From positions 133,772-197,771 of the IMG/VR virus record IMGVR_UViG_2830161386_000001: DNA of 64,000 nucleotides; one strand, 5' to 3'. Shown here piece by piece: positions 47,374 to 56,264 of this stretch. This DNA is from a virus (taxonomy: Duplodnaviria; Caudoviricetes). How positions within the stretch are numbered: position 1 is the first letter of the stretch; the number at the start of each line of letters is the position of its first letter. Position numbers and translations under genes: made by a program. The notes under the pieces are model-generated. The model had not been told where the DNA came from. It ran no database searches and saw only the letters and a list, made by a program, of their open reading frames with translations.

Positions 47374-47774
47374 TCAATAATGTTTTCTCGCTCCATCGTC
47401 GTCGGGCGGCCCCCCTTCAGCTTCCGGTCCTCGACAGGAAGCGGCTCCCCGCGGCGCTCCTCAATCTCGTTTATTACGCGGCGAAGCCCTTCCTTCGCCA
47501 GGTCGTAGAGGCGAAGGCCCGGCGTCCGAAACACCGCCGCCCGTGCCTTTTGGGCGATCTCCTCCCCGACATCGACGGTAATCTTTCCGGAGTAGGAGCC
47601 CTGCCCCGAGCTTTCGTCCTGCCCGCTTTCCGCCGAACCGCTTTCCGGCGATTTGCTTTTTGGCGGCGCGCCTTCTGGGGGCGGGTCCTCGCTTGAGGCC
47701 CCGTCGGGCGCGGCCGGGCCCTTTTCCAGGTTCTCTTTGTCAACGCGGCTTAGCTTTTCTTCTGGAGTGCTCAT
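47358..47774 (-). CDS. Putative ParA partner, ribbon-helix-helix (ParG-like)
   Basis: Directly downstream of parA; disordered N-terminus then KITVDVGEEIAQKARAAV...LYDLAKEGLRRVI. Confidence 0.6.
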   Translation of the reverse strand: MSTPEEKLSRVDKENLEKGPAAPDGASSEDPPPEGAPPKSKSPESGSAESGQDESSGQGSYSGKITVDVGEEIAQKARAAVFRTPGLRLYDLAKEGLRRVINEIEERRGEPLPVEDRKLKGGRPTTMERENIIEWLSE

Positions 47775-47830
47775 AACAGGGGGTTTCTTTTATCAAGTAA
47801 AAGTGTCAGGTAAGAGCCGGCCGAGTGAGA

Positions 47831-48622
47831 CTAGGCCGTAGCAAGCGTTTTGGCCCCGACTTCACGGGCCACGCGGCGGTACTCCGCCGACGCCCGCGCA
47901 TCGGGGCGGCAAATTACGGTGGGGACCTGCCGGCGGTAGGAGTCTTGAACCGCAACGTTTTGAGCGATTGTCGACTCGAACACGTAGTCCTCGAACTTCT
48001 CCCGCATCGCGCTGCTGACGTCGGCGGCATGGTTGGTTCGGTGGTCGACCCGGCAGAGGAGGATCCCAAGGAGAGAAAGCCCGGAGTTGTGGTACTTCTT
48101 GATGTCCTCGAATACCCCGAGCAAGTCGGCGGTCCCGTCGATTGCCATGTCCGAGGCCTCGACCGGAATAATCAGGTCTTCCGCCGCAACGAGCGCGTTC
48201 ATCGTAACCCGCCCGAAGTTGGCCGGGCAGTCTAAAATCACGTAGTCCCAGCGGGTCCGCTCTCCGCGAAGGGCCTCCCGGAGCTTTTCGTTCTGCCCGA
48301 TTTGCTCTTTTTCAAGCAGGGCGTCGGCGCTGGCCATGCTGCCGGTCGAGGGGACCAGGTCGACGTTCTTTGCAATCGTGTCCTTAAAGAGAGAGGAGGG
48401 AGGCGACCCTTCAACCAGGACCTCAAGCGTCCCTCGCTGGGCGCCGCCCTCCCCGTGCCAGATGGTCGCGGAGCGCTGTGGGTCCAGGTCGACAATCAAG
48501 ACGGAATGACCCATCTCCCCAAGCGCGGCGGCTAGGTTGACGGCCGTCGTCGTCTTTCCGGTTCCGCCCTTCCGGTTTGCAATAGCGATTACGTGGCCGG
48601 CTCCGCTGTTGGGGGCGCCCAT
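47831..48622 (-). CDS. parA: ParA partition ATPase
   Basis: NRKGGTGKTTT deviant Walker A, VDLDPQ, DYVILDCP, ALVAA..LIIPV. Confidence 0.95.
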   Translation of the reverse strand: MGAPNSGAGHVIAIANRKGGTGKTTTAVNLAAALGEMGHSVLIVDLDPQRSATIWHGEGGAQRGTLEVLVEGSPPSSLFKDTIAKNVDLVPSTGSMASADALLEKEQIGQNEKLREALRGERTRWDYVILDCPANFGRVTMNALVAAEDLIIPVEASDMAIDGTADLLGVFEDIKKYHNSGLSLLGILLCRVDHRTNHAADVSSAMREKFEDYVFESTIAQNVAVQDSYRRQVPTVICRPDARASAEYRRVAREVGAKTLATA

Positions 48623-48725
48623 AGGTCTGATCTGCTTTTTTGAACGCAGCTGAGTCCCAGCTGGGACTGGGAGAAAGAGTGGGCAATAACATAGGCGGGG
48701 ACGCCTGGACTTTCAAATTCTGGCT

Positions 48726-48936
48726 TGTACTGTCGTGGTACCCTCTGTACTGTCGTGGTAGCCTATTTTGCTGGTTTCGGCCGTTTTTGGGCCTTTGGCC
48801 CCCTTCATCGGCGCTAGGGGCCAAAAACGTGAACAAAACGTTGGAAAACGGCTCTGTACTGTCGTGTAAGCCAGCTTGTACTGTCGTGTAAGGGTACTTG
48901 TACTGTCGTGTAAGTTTGGTTGTACTGTCGTGTAAG
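48726..48936 (+). repeat. Iterons TGTACTGTCGTG(TAAG), putative replication origin
   Basis: Copies at 48726 and 48746, then 48855, 48877, 48899 and 48921 (22-bp period). Confidence 0.88.
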
Positions 48937-48954
48937 TTTTGGCGGGCCTCTGAG

Positions 48955-48963
48955 TTATCCACA
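48955..48963 (+). promoter_or_regulatory. DnaA box
   Basis: Perfect TTATCCACA next to the iterons. Confidence 0.8.
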
Positions 48964-49209
48964 ACTCTAATTCGTTGGCGCTCATTGTTTTACGCGGCTC
49001 GGGGGTCGCGCGTGCGCGCAGGGTATGGTAAAGGGGTAATGGTAAAAGGTAAAGCGCGTGCGCAAGCGCGCATGCACATGCGTGTGCAGGCACGCAGGCA
49101 CACACATGCGCGTGAGGCAACCGCATTTCCCAACGGTTGCTTTTCACCAACCTACCCCCATATTTGTACCTTCCCTTACGAACGCGCCTCTCCTTATGCA
49201 CCGAAGACA

Positions 49210-50751
49210 ATGCCAAACGGCTCGCCTCGGACGTTTTCAACGTCGCTACCAAAACCACCCCCCAGCGGAACCAAGCCCATCGACCCAAACGGCGCCCTTT
49301 CCACCACCGGGCACGACGAGGCCAACCTCACCGGCCTTCCCGTCACGCGGAACCACCGCCAAGACGACCGGAGCGAAATCGAGCGGACCTGGACCGCCCT
49401 TGGCCGCGGTGGAGAAGAGCGGGAGTTCTACCGGCTTATCAAAAGCAAAAGCGGCGGCGCTCTTCCCGGCCCGACCGCCGACCGGGTGCTAAACGCCCTC
49501 TCCTGCCTGACCGCCCGGCAGGGGCGGGTAATGCAGACCAGCTACTCGGAGCTCGCCTCCCTCGCCGGGCTGACCCGAAGCGGGCGCAGCTACGACTTGA
49601 TCTACCGGGCCCTAGACCGTCTCCAGGACGTGATGATCGAGACCAACTCAATTTGGCTCCACGACCGGGAGCAGTACGTCCGGGAAGCGAAGCTCTACCT
49701 CATCGGCGCGCAGGCGGAGGTCCCCGAGCCGGGAGGGGAGGTCGAGATCCGAGTTGCCTGGACCGAGGAGTTCTACGGGATGATCCAGTCCTGGGCAAAG
49801 CCGATCGACATCCAAAGCGTAAACGACTTGTCCACGCCCATCGCCCGGCGGCTCTACCGCCTCAGCGAGCTTGCCTTCTTCCACGAGGGGCGGTTCTTGG
49901 AAGACCTGCACATCCTGGCCCACGTCCAGCTCGGGCTCTCGGAGCACCGGACGGCGCCGAGCCGGATTAAGCAATCGCTGAAAGGGTCGGTCAAGAGCCT
50001 GCACGAAAACGGGCTGGCTCGCGTGGAGTACGTATCGGACGACCGGCTTCAGTCCGGCAACGGAATTTACGTCTCCCCCGGGCCGAAGATGTACGACTTG
50101 AACATGGGGATCGACGACCCCCGCTACTGGGCCGCGCAAATCGCGATCCGGGGCGTGCAGAACAAGCGAGACAACCCGGTTCGCCGCTGCCGGTCGCTTG
50201 TGGAGCGAAACCCAATGCCTTTCGTCAAGAAATGCGTCAAGGGCTACGACATCCGGCGCCGGGGGGAGCGGGACCTGACGGCGGCAGAAGGGCCGGGGTG
50301 GCTACACAGCGCCTTAAAGCGAGACTTTGAGTTCGACCCGTACGACCCGGGAGACAACGAGCCCCACGTGGAAAGCCCCTCCCGCGCAAGGCCCGCCAAC
50401 ACGGCAAAAGAGGGCCCGCTTCCGGCCAACGACTACGACCCGAAGCCCGCGCTTCAGCCCCGGCCGGACGCCGCGAGCTTCTGCGTCCGGGTGCACGACC
50501 ACATCCACATGCAGGGCGACGTAGACCGAACCGCTCTCAAGAAGCGGGCGGAGGAGATGATGAATTCGGAGAACGGCCACCACCAGTGGCTCCCAAGCGG
50601 GGCGGAGGGCCAGGCCCGCGAAGCCGTCGAGCGGCGGTTTCTTGTCGCGGCCTATCTGAAGAAGCATGGGCTAGAGGCGCTTCCGGATGAGGTCCGCCGG
50701 TCGGCCCCAGATGACCTGTCCCAGCTGGGACTCAGCTCCTCAAGCGAGTAG
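49210..50751 (+). CDS. repA: Plasmid replication initiator protein (RepA-type winged helix)
   Basis: DEANL..LP, LPGPTADRVL.AL, SYSEL..AG...SGRSY..I..ALDRL....I.TN, ARRLYR; adjacent to iterons; the only credible plus-strand gene. Confidence 0.8.
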   Translation: MPNGSPRTFSTSLPKPPPSGTKPIDPNGALSTTGHDEANLTGLPVTRNHRQDDRSEIERTWTALGRGGEEREFYRLIKSKSGGALPGPTADRVLNALSCLTARQGRVMQTSYSELASLAGLTRSGRSYDLIYRALDRLQDVMIETNSIWLHDREQYVREAKLYLIGAQAEVPEPGGEVEIRVAWTEEFYGMIQSWAKPIDIQSVNDLSTPIARRLYRLSELAFFHEGRFLEDLHILAHVQLGLSEHRTAPSRIKQSLKGSVKSLHENGLARVEYVSDDRLQSGNGIYVSPGPKMYDLNMGIDDPRYWAAQIAIRGVQNKRDNPVRRCRSLVERNPMPFVKKCVKGYDIRRRGERDLTAAEGPGWLHSALKRDFEFDPYDPGDNEPHVESPSRARPANTAKEGPLPANDYDPKPALQPRPDAASFCVRVHDHIHMQGDVDRTALKKRAEEMMNSENGHHQWLPSGAEGQAREAVERRFLVAAYLKKHGLEALPDEVRRSAPDDLSQLGLSSSSE

Positions 50752-50790
50752 CGCCCAGATAAGTGCAGCCACGGGAGCAGCGCCGACAAA

Positions 50791-50816
50791 AAAAGAGGGG
50801 GGCGCCCCCCTCTTTT
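50791..50816. terminator. Bidirectional terminator
   Basis: AAAAGAGGGGGG-CG-CCCCCCTCTTTT between convergent genes. Confidence 0.75.
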
Positions 50817-50822
50817 GAGTTC

Positions 50823-51182
50823 TCAGCCCGGCAGGACCCAGACGTGGACCATCGTGATGCCGCTCCGGTGGCCCCAAGTCTCAGTTCGCTGGGTGTGCCG
50901 GTCGTACTTTCGGTTTATGTCCGGGTGCTCAATTCTTTGGATCCGCACCTGGCCGTCGCTGAAGTACTTGGCGGCTCGTTTGATGGAGGCAGTTAGGCTT
51001 TGGAGGCTCGTGTCCAGCTGCCAGTGCCTGCCGGACTTGTGTCCTTTAAGCGAGATGGCAATCTGGGCGGAGTCCCCGCGCCCATCATCAAAAACGGCCC
51101 CCCGGATGTCACCGGGCGGCCGGGCCTCGTGTTGGATTTTTCGGGCGAAGGATCGGGCAATCTCTTTTGCTTTATCAGTCAT
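50823..51182 (-). CDS. Hypothetical protein
   Basis: Start placed at MTDKAK, overlapping the upstream stop. Confidence 0.55.
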   Translation of the reverse strand: MTDKAKEIARSFARKIQHEARPPGDIRGAVFDDGRGDSAQIAISLKGHKSGRHWQLDTSLQSLTASIKRAAKYFSDGQVRIQRIEHPDINRKYDRHTQRTETWGHRSGITMVHVWVLPG

Positions 51183-51573
51183 GTCGGACGTGGATTGGTC
51201 CAATCTTATCGTGAACGTAGGTGGCAATTCGCTCGCGGTCCCAATGCTGATTGTCGTTTAAAATGGCCATTCGGTCTTGAAGGTGAGTGCCCCCAAGCTG
51301 GCGGGTTCGCAGCTCGATGTTGAGCGGGTGGGCGTTGTCTCCAATCTCCCGGGCAGCAGACAAAACCGTGCCTTTCACCTCGAAAAACTGGGGCCGAATG
51401 TGGCGGCGCCCCGTGAGGTCCGCGTACCCGGCGTGCGCCGCCCCGATCACGCAGGCCGCAGGTGGGCTGTCCGGCGGAGAGGGGGCAAATCCGGTCTTGT
51501 AGCATTGGATCGGATGAATCTCGCACCCGCGCTCGATGCAGCGTTTTAGCGTAGGCATATTTAGCGTAGGCAT
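51175..51573 (-). CDS. Paralog of 6039..6470
   Basis: ACVIGAA...LNDNQHWDRERIA; 15-bp tandem duplication at the start (MPTLN-MPTLK). Confidence 0.6.
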   Translation of the reverse strand: MPTLNMPTLKRCIERGCEIHPIQCYKTGFAPSPPDSPPAACVIGAAHAGYADLTGRRHIRPQFFEVKGTVLSAAREIGDNAHPLNIELRTRQLGGTHLQDRMAILNDNQHWDRERIATYVHDKIGPIHVRHD

Positions 51574-51607
51574 AAAGCCTGTTTTGGTGAGCTTGTCTGC
51601 GGGAAGG

Positions 51608-51955
51608 TCACTCGGGAAGAAGGTGCTGGCGAAAGCCCCCGCCGTTGGGCAGGTACTTGTTTTCGCCGCCAATTTGTGACCGGGGGACGCCCTCAAAAGC
51701 GCGGTGGGCGTTTCGGGCGAGATCGACCCCGACCTGCCCGCCCCACTTTTGAAGAACCATCTCTTGAAGGGTCTCTTTCGACACGCTTTTCGTAATCGAA
51801 TTCGCGATGCTTGAGGCGTCGGAGTGCAGGACGCGGAAGTGAACGCGGCCGCCGCTCTCGCGGAACACCCCTGACACCACGACCCCCTCATTGGCGTCCA
51901 TGCGGAGGTAGTAGTCGTACCGGGACACGTCGATTGGAAAAGGCATAAAGCGCAT
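51608..51955 (-). CDS. Hypothetical protein
   Basis: Codirectional ORF. Confidence 0.55.
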   Translation of the reverse strand: MRFMPFPIDVSRYDYYLRMDANEGVVVSGVFRESGGRVHFRVLHSDASSIANSITKSVSKETLQEMVLQKWGGQVGVDLARNAHRAFEGVPRSQIGGENKYLPNGGGFRQHLLPE

Positions 51956-52071
51956 CTAATCTGGTGGGCCCGCTAAGGGGCCGGCTCATCGTGCCTTTCC
52001 AACATGGCGGCTACGCGCTACGGTCGCCGGCTCCCTGCCAGCTGGTCGGATGGACAGTTTGAATAGAACGG

Positions 52072-52695
52072 CTAATCCGGCAGTCCCCCCTGCTCCTTCT
52101 GGCCGGCTTTGTACCTGCTGCTGTGCAGGACGGCGACCGAGCCGGTGTGGTTTGCGTTCGGCGGCACGGCCCCGCCGCCTCCGTGCTGCTTAATAATTGC
52201 CTCGATGTGCTTGCAGTGATTCCCGGTGGTTTTGTACTGAAAGGACTTGCACGTGCAGCCGTACTCCGGCACCTGGGCGGAGGGGTGCCACTTGCTTCCG
52301 ACGTCCCAGGTAACGACGTACTCTTTATTTTCGTCGCTTTCGCTGGGATAGACCAGCTCCCACGTCGGCATCCGCTCTACGAAATCATGGTCTTCCTGAT
52401 ACGAAGAGCGCAGGGCCGCGGCCACCGCTGCTTCTTCTCCACGTTGCATAAGCGCCAGGAGGTCGCGGAGCTGGTTTTCTGCCTTTTGCAGCTGCTCTTC
52501 GTTTCCGAACATCTTGACCATGCCGGAATCGACCTGCTCCAGCGCCCGGATTGCCCGCTGCACCGTCTGGACGGGGGATTCCTCGGACTCGCCGACAAGC
52601 GCGTTCATTTCTTCTTCCAGGTCAAAAACATCGTCCATGTCAACTTCGCTCATAAATTGAGTGATTTGGTCAAAAGTGCCAGTTGTGCTTTGCAT
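52072..52695 (-). CDS. SWIM zinc-finger protein
   Basis: EYVV...CTCKSFQY....CKHI. Confidence 0.75.
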   Translation of the reverse strand: MQSTTGTFDQITQFMSEVDMDDVFDLEEEMNALVGESEESPVQTVQRAIRALEQVDSGMVKMFGNEEQLQKAENQLRDLLALMQRGEEAAVAAALRSSYQEDHDFVERMPTWELVYPSESDENKEYVVTWDVGSKWHPSAQVPEYGCTCKSFQYKTTGNHCKHIEAIIKQHGGGGAVPPNANHTGSVAVLHSSRYKAGQKEQGGLPD

Positions 52696-52708
52696 GGGAG
52701 GGAGCTCC

Positions 52709-53188
52709 TTAGAGAGAATACCGGCCGGTCAGCTTCCAAGAGAGGTGGTTGAAGTTTCCCTCGTCGTCGTGGCGGTTGAAGGACTCGAAGACAAACAGAT
52801 TCGGCGGCTTGTCTCGGCTGCTCCGGCGCAGCATTTTTGCCCGGAGCGGCGGGGTGAGCAAGGCAAAGAGGGCAATCGCGTCTTCCTGCTCTAAAAGCCC
52901 CTCGATTCGCCCCTCCAGCGCGGCAAACACCTTGTCTACGTCCCGCTGGGTCTTGGCCGGCGGCCGGGCCACGTCGGAGATATCCCGCATGTCGTCGAGG
53001 CTCGCCTCCTCGCCAGGGACAATGCGAAGGGCGTCGTCGAGCTGCTTCATCGACAGGTTGATGTGGGCGTACACGGCCGGAGTCACGTCGACGTCGGCCG
53101 GAAGGGCCGGGCGCTCGGCCGGGGTCTCGTTTTTGGGGGGATTCGCGGGAAAAGGGAGCGTAAGTAGGTCTTGCATCGGGCTAACCAT
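52709..53188 (-). CDS. Hypothetical protein
   Basis: Codirectional ORF. Confidence 0.6.
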   Translation of the reverse strand: MVSPMQDLLTLPFPANPPKNETPAERPALPADVDVTPAVYAHINLSMKQLDDALRIVPGEEASLDDMRDISDVARPPAKTQRDVDKVFAALEGRIEGLLEQEDAIALFALLTPPLRAKMLRRSSRDKPPNLFVFESFNRHDDEGNFNHLSWKLTGRYSL

Positions 53189-53269
53189 AGGTTCGAGTCT
53201 GGTTGAAAATTCGAGTTTAGAGAATAAAAAAAGCCCCGCGCTTGCGGGGCCGCACTAGCGAAGAAGTAG

Positions 53270-53341
53270 ACAAGCCCCCCGGATTTGAACCGAGGACCTC
53301 TCCCCAGTAGGGAGCGCTCTGGCCGCCTGAGCTAGGGCTTG
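53270..53341 (-). tRNA. tRNA-like gene with a shortened anticodon arm (isotype undetermined)
   Basis: Acceptor CAAGCCC/GGGCTTG, D stem GCTC/GAGC, T arm CTCGG-TTCAAAT-CCGGG; anticodon arm CTCCC-TACTG-GGGAG has a 5-nt loop. Confidence 0.8.
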
Positions 53342-53455
53342 TGCACGGGCTAATCGTGTCCACGGGGCGCCCGACGACCCGCCTCACTCGACATTGGACA
53401 TTGCCTGAAATTTATTCCCTCCAGGAGGGGGACAGCTCTGTAAGACAGTTTATTG

Positions 53456-53938
53456 CGGAGCCGGCGGGACTCGAACCCGCGTCCGCATAGCTGACCGTTC
53501 GGCCTTTGTTACAACCATTATCACCACTTGTCTTTGCCCTTTCGCCGCAGGTGACAGCGGCCAGAACAGGCGCACCCTCGCTTCCCCTTTCGTTTCACGT
53601 CGGGGCTCAGGTGGGCGAGAGGCCACAGGGTCTGCCGATTTGTAACACCACGGCACCCGCAGTCTCAGCGGTTATCTATCGGCGTCAAGGCCGTGATGGA
53701 GGGCGGGAGGCGCAAGGCCTCCCGCAAGCCTACGCGCAAAGCGCAGACTCGTCCGCGAAGACCTCGTCGGTCTCCGCGAGCCGGTCCATCGCCTCGTCGG
53801 CGATGGCGCCGGTCTTGTCCTCAAAGTTGGTAAGGTTGCCAACTATAAGTTCCTCGATTTCTTTTGCGGCCACTTCGAGGGAACGGCCGGGTTGTAGCGT
53901 CCGGGTCGCAGGCTACGCGTCGAAGCCAAGTCGGCCCC
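53456..53938 (-). ncRNA. ssrA: tmRNA
   Basis: 5' GGGGCCGACTTGGCTTCGAC and 3' GACGCGGGTTCGAGTCCCGCCGGCTCC with a G3-U70 pair; tag ORF at 53730..53840. Confidence 0.93.
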
Positions 53939-54070
53939 ATTGTCCCAGCACGCCCGACCTGATCGTGCCTGCCGGAGGGCAGGGCAGAGGAGGTTGCAGT
54001 TCGTGCTGGCGCCTGCGGACGGCATGTCAATGATCTATTCAAACATAGCCGCCCGCCAAAAGGAAATTGT

Positions 54071-54262
54071 TTACCCGTCGTCCTCGCGCATCTCAAGGCG
54101 CTTTTCTTCGAGGCGGGCGAGTTTCCGAAGATTTGCGTTTAGCTCGCGCAGCTCCTTTGTCAGCCGGCCTACGTCCCGGCTGTCGAGGTTGCCTGCGCCG
54201 CCGCCCATGCTTTTCTTAACCTGCCGGATAACATGCTCCGGAATGCCGTCAAGTGTAGACAT
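54071..54262 (-). CDS. Small hypothetical protein
   Basis: Downstream of the promoter-like motif at 54306. Confidence 0.55.
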   Translation of the reverse strand: MSTLDGIPEHVIRQVKKSMGGGAGNLDSRDVGRLTKELRELNANLRKLARLEEKRLEMREDDG

Positions 54263-54305
54263 AAAAGTTGGTGTCGGATTTGTGCATGAAGGTCCCGTTC
54301 ATAGT

Positions 54306-54334
54306 TATGGTGCTGCTCTCGTCCTCATTCTTGC
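54306..54334 (-). promoter_or_regulatory. Putative promoter GCAAG-N17-CACCATA upstream of the tmRNA cluster
   Basis: One mismatch to the consensus, same spacing. Confidence 0.6.
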
Positions 54335-54672
54335 ATGCGGGCGCGAAAGAAGGGCGGGTCATTTCGCTTTTGAAACCTTGCATACGCGTACCCAATGTGG
54401 CTGAGCGGGAGGCTCGGTCGGCGCTCACGCTCATAGATAGCCACCCCAATTTCACGGCCGCTGAGGCCCCTTTGCTTGGGGCAGTTGGACTGAATCTCAA
54501 TTTTTCGAGGCGGAGCAAACTTGCTCCACCGGAAATGCTCGCTTGCGTGAGGGCCGTAGGTAACAACAAGAATCATAGACCTTGGGTCAATGGGCAAAAA
54601 TAAAGCCCGCCCCTCTTGCTTCGGGGCGGGCCGGCCTGGACGCTTCGCGAGTCCCAGCTGGGACTGAACTAT

Positions 54673-55086
54673 CTACCACGTCAGCTCCCGGAGGCGCACG
54701 ACCGCAATGTTTGCCTCCTCCCGGCGAACGCGGTCAAGCTCCCACGTCGTCGCCTTGTCACGGGGCACCTGTGTCGGCTCGGTCACGCCCGTTGCCGAAA
54801 AGTTGAAGGCGTACTTGCTGATTCGAGACAGCTTTGGCCCTTGCAGGGCGCCGGCCTTCAGGTAGATGTACCCTTCGGGGCCGTCTGCAAACTGCACCCG
54901 ATAGGACTGCTTCTTGTTAATGTCGATGGCCTGTCCTAATTCGGCGGCAAGATAGCCGCGCAGCTGCCCTTCACTGTTGGGCCTGAACTTAACCCTTTCG
55001 CCGATCGTCCTGTCGATACCGCGTTGAGATCGGCTTCCCCAGTTCAGGTCTTCTGTCTTAACGAGATCAGACTCAGAAATACGCAT
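54673..55086 (-). CDS. Hypothetical protein
   Basis: Start placed at MRISES. Confidence 0.55.
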   Translation of the reverse strand: MRISESDLVKTEDLNWGSRSQRGIDRTIGERVKFRPNSEGQLRGYLAAELGQAIDINKKQSYRVQFADGPEGYIYLKAGALQGPKLSRISKYAFNFSATGVTEPTQVPRDKATTWELDRVRREEANIAVVRLRELTW

Positions 55087-55154
55087 GGTTGAAAATCTGT
55101 TATTGCAAGTAAAAGTGAAAACCCCGCCCCTGCGGTGGGGCGGGGTGAGGTCAG

Positions 55155-55526
55155 TTACCACTCAGAATGAGCATTCCAAGACTCTGTGACCTCAAGGGGC
55201 CCAGATCCGAAAGAGGTCTTTGCGGTTTCCTGTCGGATCCATTCGACTAATTGACTTTTTAGGGCCTCTTCCGCTTCTGTGTGAAGTTCCTGACCAGCCT
55301 CTAGGGTGAGCTCGTATTCGATGATGTATGCTTCGTCTTCTTCCCTGATGTCAGCCCACTCTGTTACTGTCGCGTCGTGGGCTGCCTTGTGCCCGTGGGG
55401 AGACGAGGGTACGGGCCGTGAGCTGTTTCCAATTTCCTGTAGGAACCTCGAAAGAAAGTCTTGGGGGCCTCGGACCGGCTCTCCTTCGAGATCAATTTCT
55501 ACTGAGTATTCGACAAGAAAAGTCAT
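55155..55526 (-). CDS. Acidic hypothetical protein
   Basis: Start placed at MTFLVE. Confidence 0.55.
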   Translation of the reverse strand: MTFLVEYSVEIDLEGEPVRGPQDFLSRFLQEIGNSSRPVPSSPHGHKAAHDATVTEWADIREEDEAYIIEYELTLEAGQELHTEAEEALKSQLVEWIRQETAKTSFGSGPLEVTESWNAHSEW

Positions 55527-55601
55527 AATCTTACACTGCTTTTGTAGGTATAGAGTTATCGCCTGCCAGGTGGCAGGGAGGAGGGGAAGCTGCCCCAACC
55601 G

Positions 55602-55768
55602 ACGCCCGCCCGGGACTTGAACCCGGCGGTCCGCTAACGCTTCTAGCGGCTGAGAGCCGCTTAGAAGCGCCGCCTCGCTGCGCGGGGGTTGCCCCATGGC
55701 AGGTCAAAAGCGCTCACGTTCGTTCCAAGTGCTCCGTTCAGCGATTGGTACGCTGCGGTGCGCGGACG
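55602..55768 (-). ncRNA. Candidate tRNA-mimic structured RNA
   Basis: T arm CCGGG-TTCAAGT-CCCGG directly followed by GCGGGCG, which can pair with CGTCCGC about 150 nt upstream; internal hairpins. Confidence 0.5.
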
Positions 55769-55838
55769 ATTTGCCCAGCATTTATGTTTGACCGGGCAAT
55801 AAAAAACCACCCCGCGCTTTACGGGGTGGTATAGAACG

Positions 55839-56093
55839 TTACTGCTCGGGGGTCATATCGTCGACCATCGCCTTCCCGAGCCTGTCGATCTCTCGCGACA
55901 GGTCGGGAAAGAAAACGTATCGAATCAGAAACGCTATGCTATAATTAACAACGAGAAGAGAGACGGCAATGCAGGAGGACCAGAAGACAAGGCCTGCACC
56001 TTCCGCGATGCCCCAGATTGCCAGGGCAAATACGATAACCTCAATTACTGTGCGCAACCGATAGGCTATGTCCATCTTTTTGATCGTGTTCAT
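55839..56093 (-). CDS. Small 2-TM membrane protein
   Basis: Start placed at MNTIKK after the conserved leader. Confidence 0.6.
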   Translation of the reverse strand: MNTIKKMDIAYRLRTVIEVIVFALAIWGIAEGAGLVFWSSCIAVSLLVVNYSIAFLIRYVFFPDLSREIDRLGKAMVDDMTPEQ

Positions 56094-56176
56094 AGAATTG
56101 ACCAGAATACAATGCCTCTGGGCAGGGCGATTGTGCGAAAGAGTGAGAACGACGAGCCATGTCCCTCGTCTATTTA

Positions 56177-56205
56177 TATGGTGCCCACATGCCCGCAATT
56201 TTTGC
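56177..56205 (-). promoter_or_regulatory. Putative promoter GCAAA-N17-CACCATA
   Basis: Exact spacing; directly after a terminator (about 56228-56255). Confidence 0.75.
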
Positions 56206-56264
56206 ACAAATCTCGACTCAAAAAGCCAAAAAAAGACCCCCGCTTTTCGGGGGCCCACAGAATG

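Noticed and set aside
48726-48936. CRISPR-like repeat array
   Set aside because: Repeats are 12-16 bp with spacers of only about 6 bp, next to a DnaA box and rep; these are iterons, and no cas genes are present.
48898-49209. N-terminal extension of RepA in the ORF track
   Set aside because: It runs through iterons, the DnaA box and low-complexity DNA; the ATG at 49210 is more plausible.
51960-52070. Possible ribozyme in a GC-rich intergenic stretch (GATGAG, GAAA)
   Set aside because: I could not assemble a complete hammerhead, twister or HDV core by eye.
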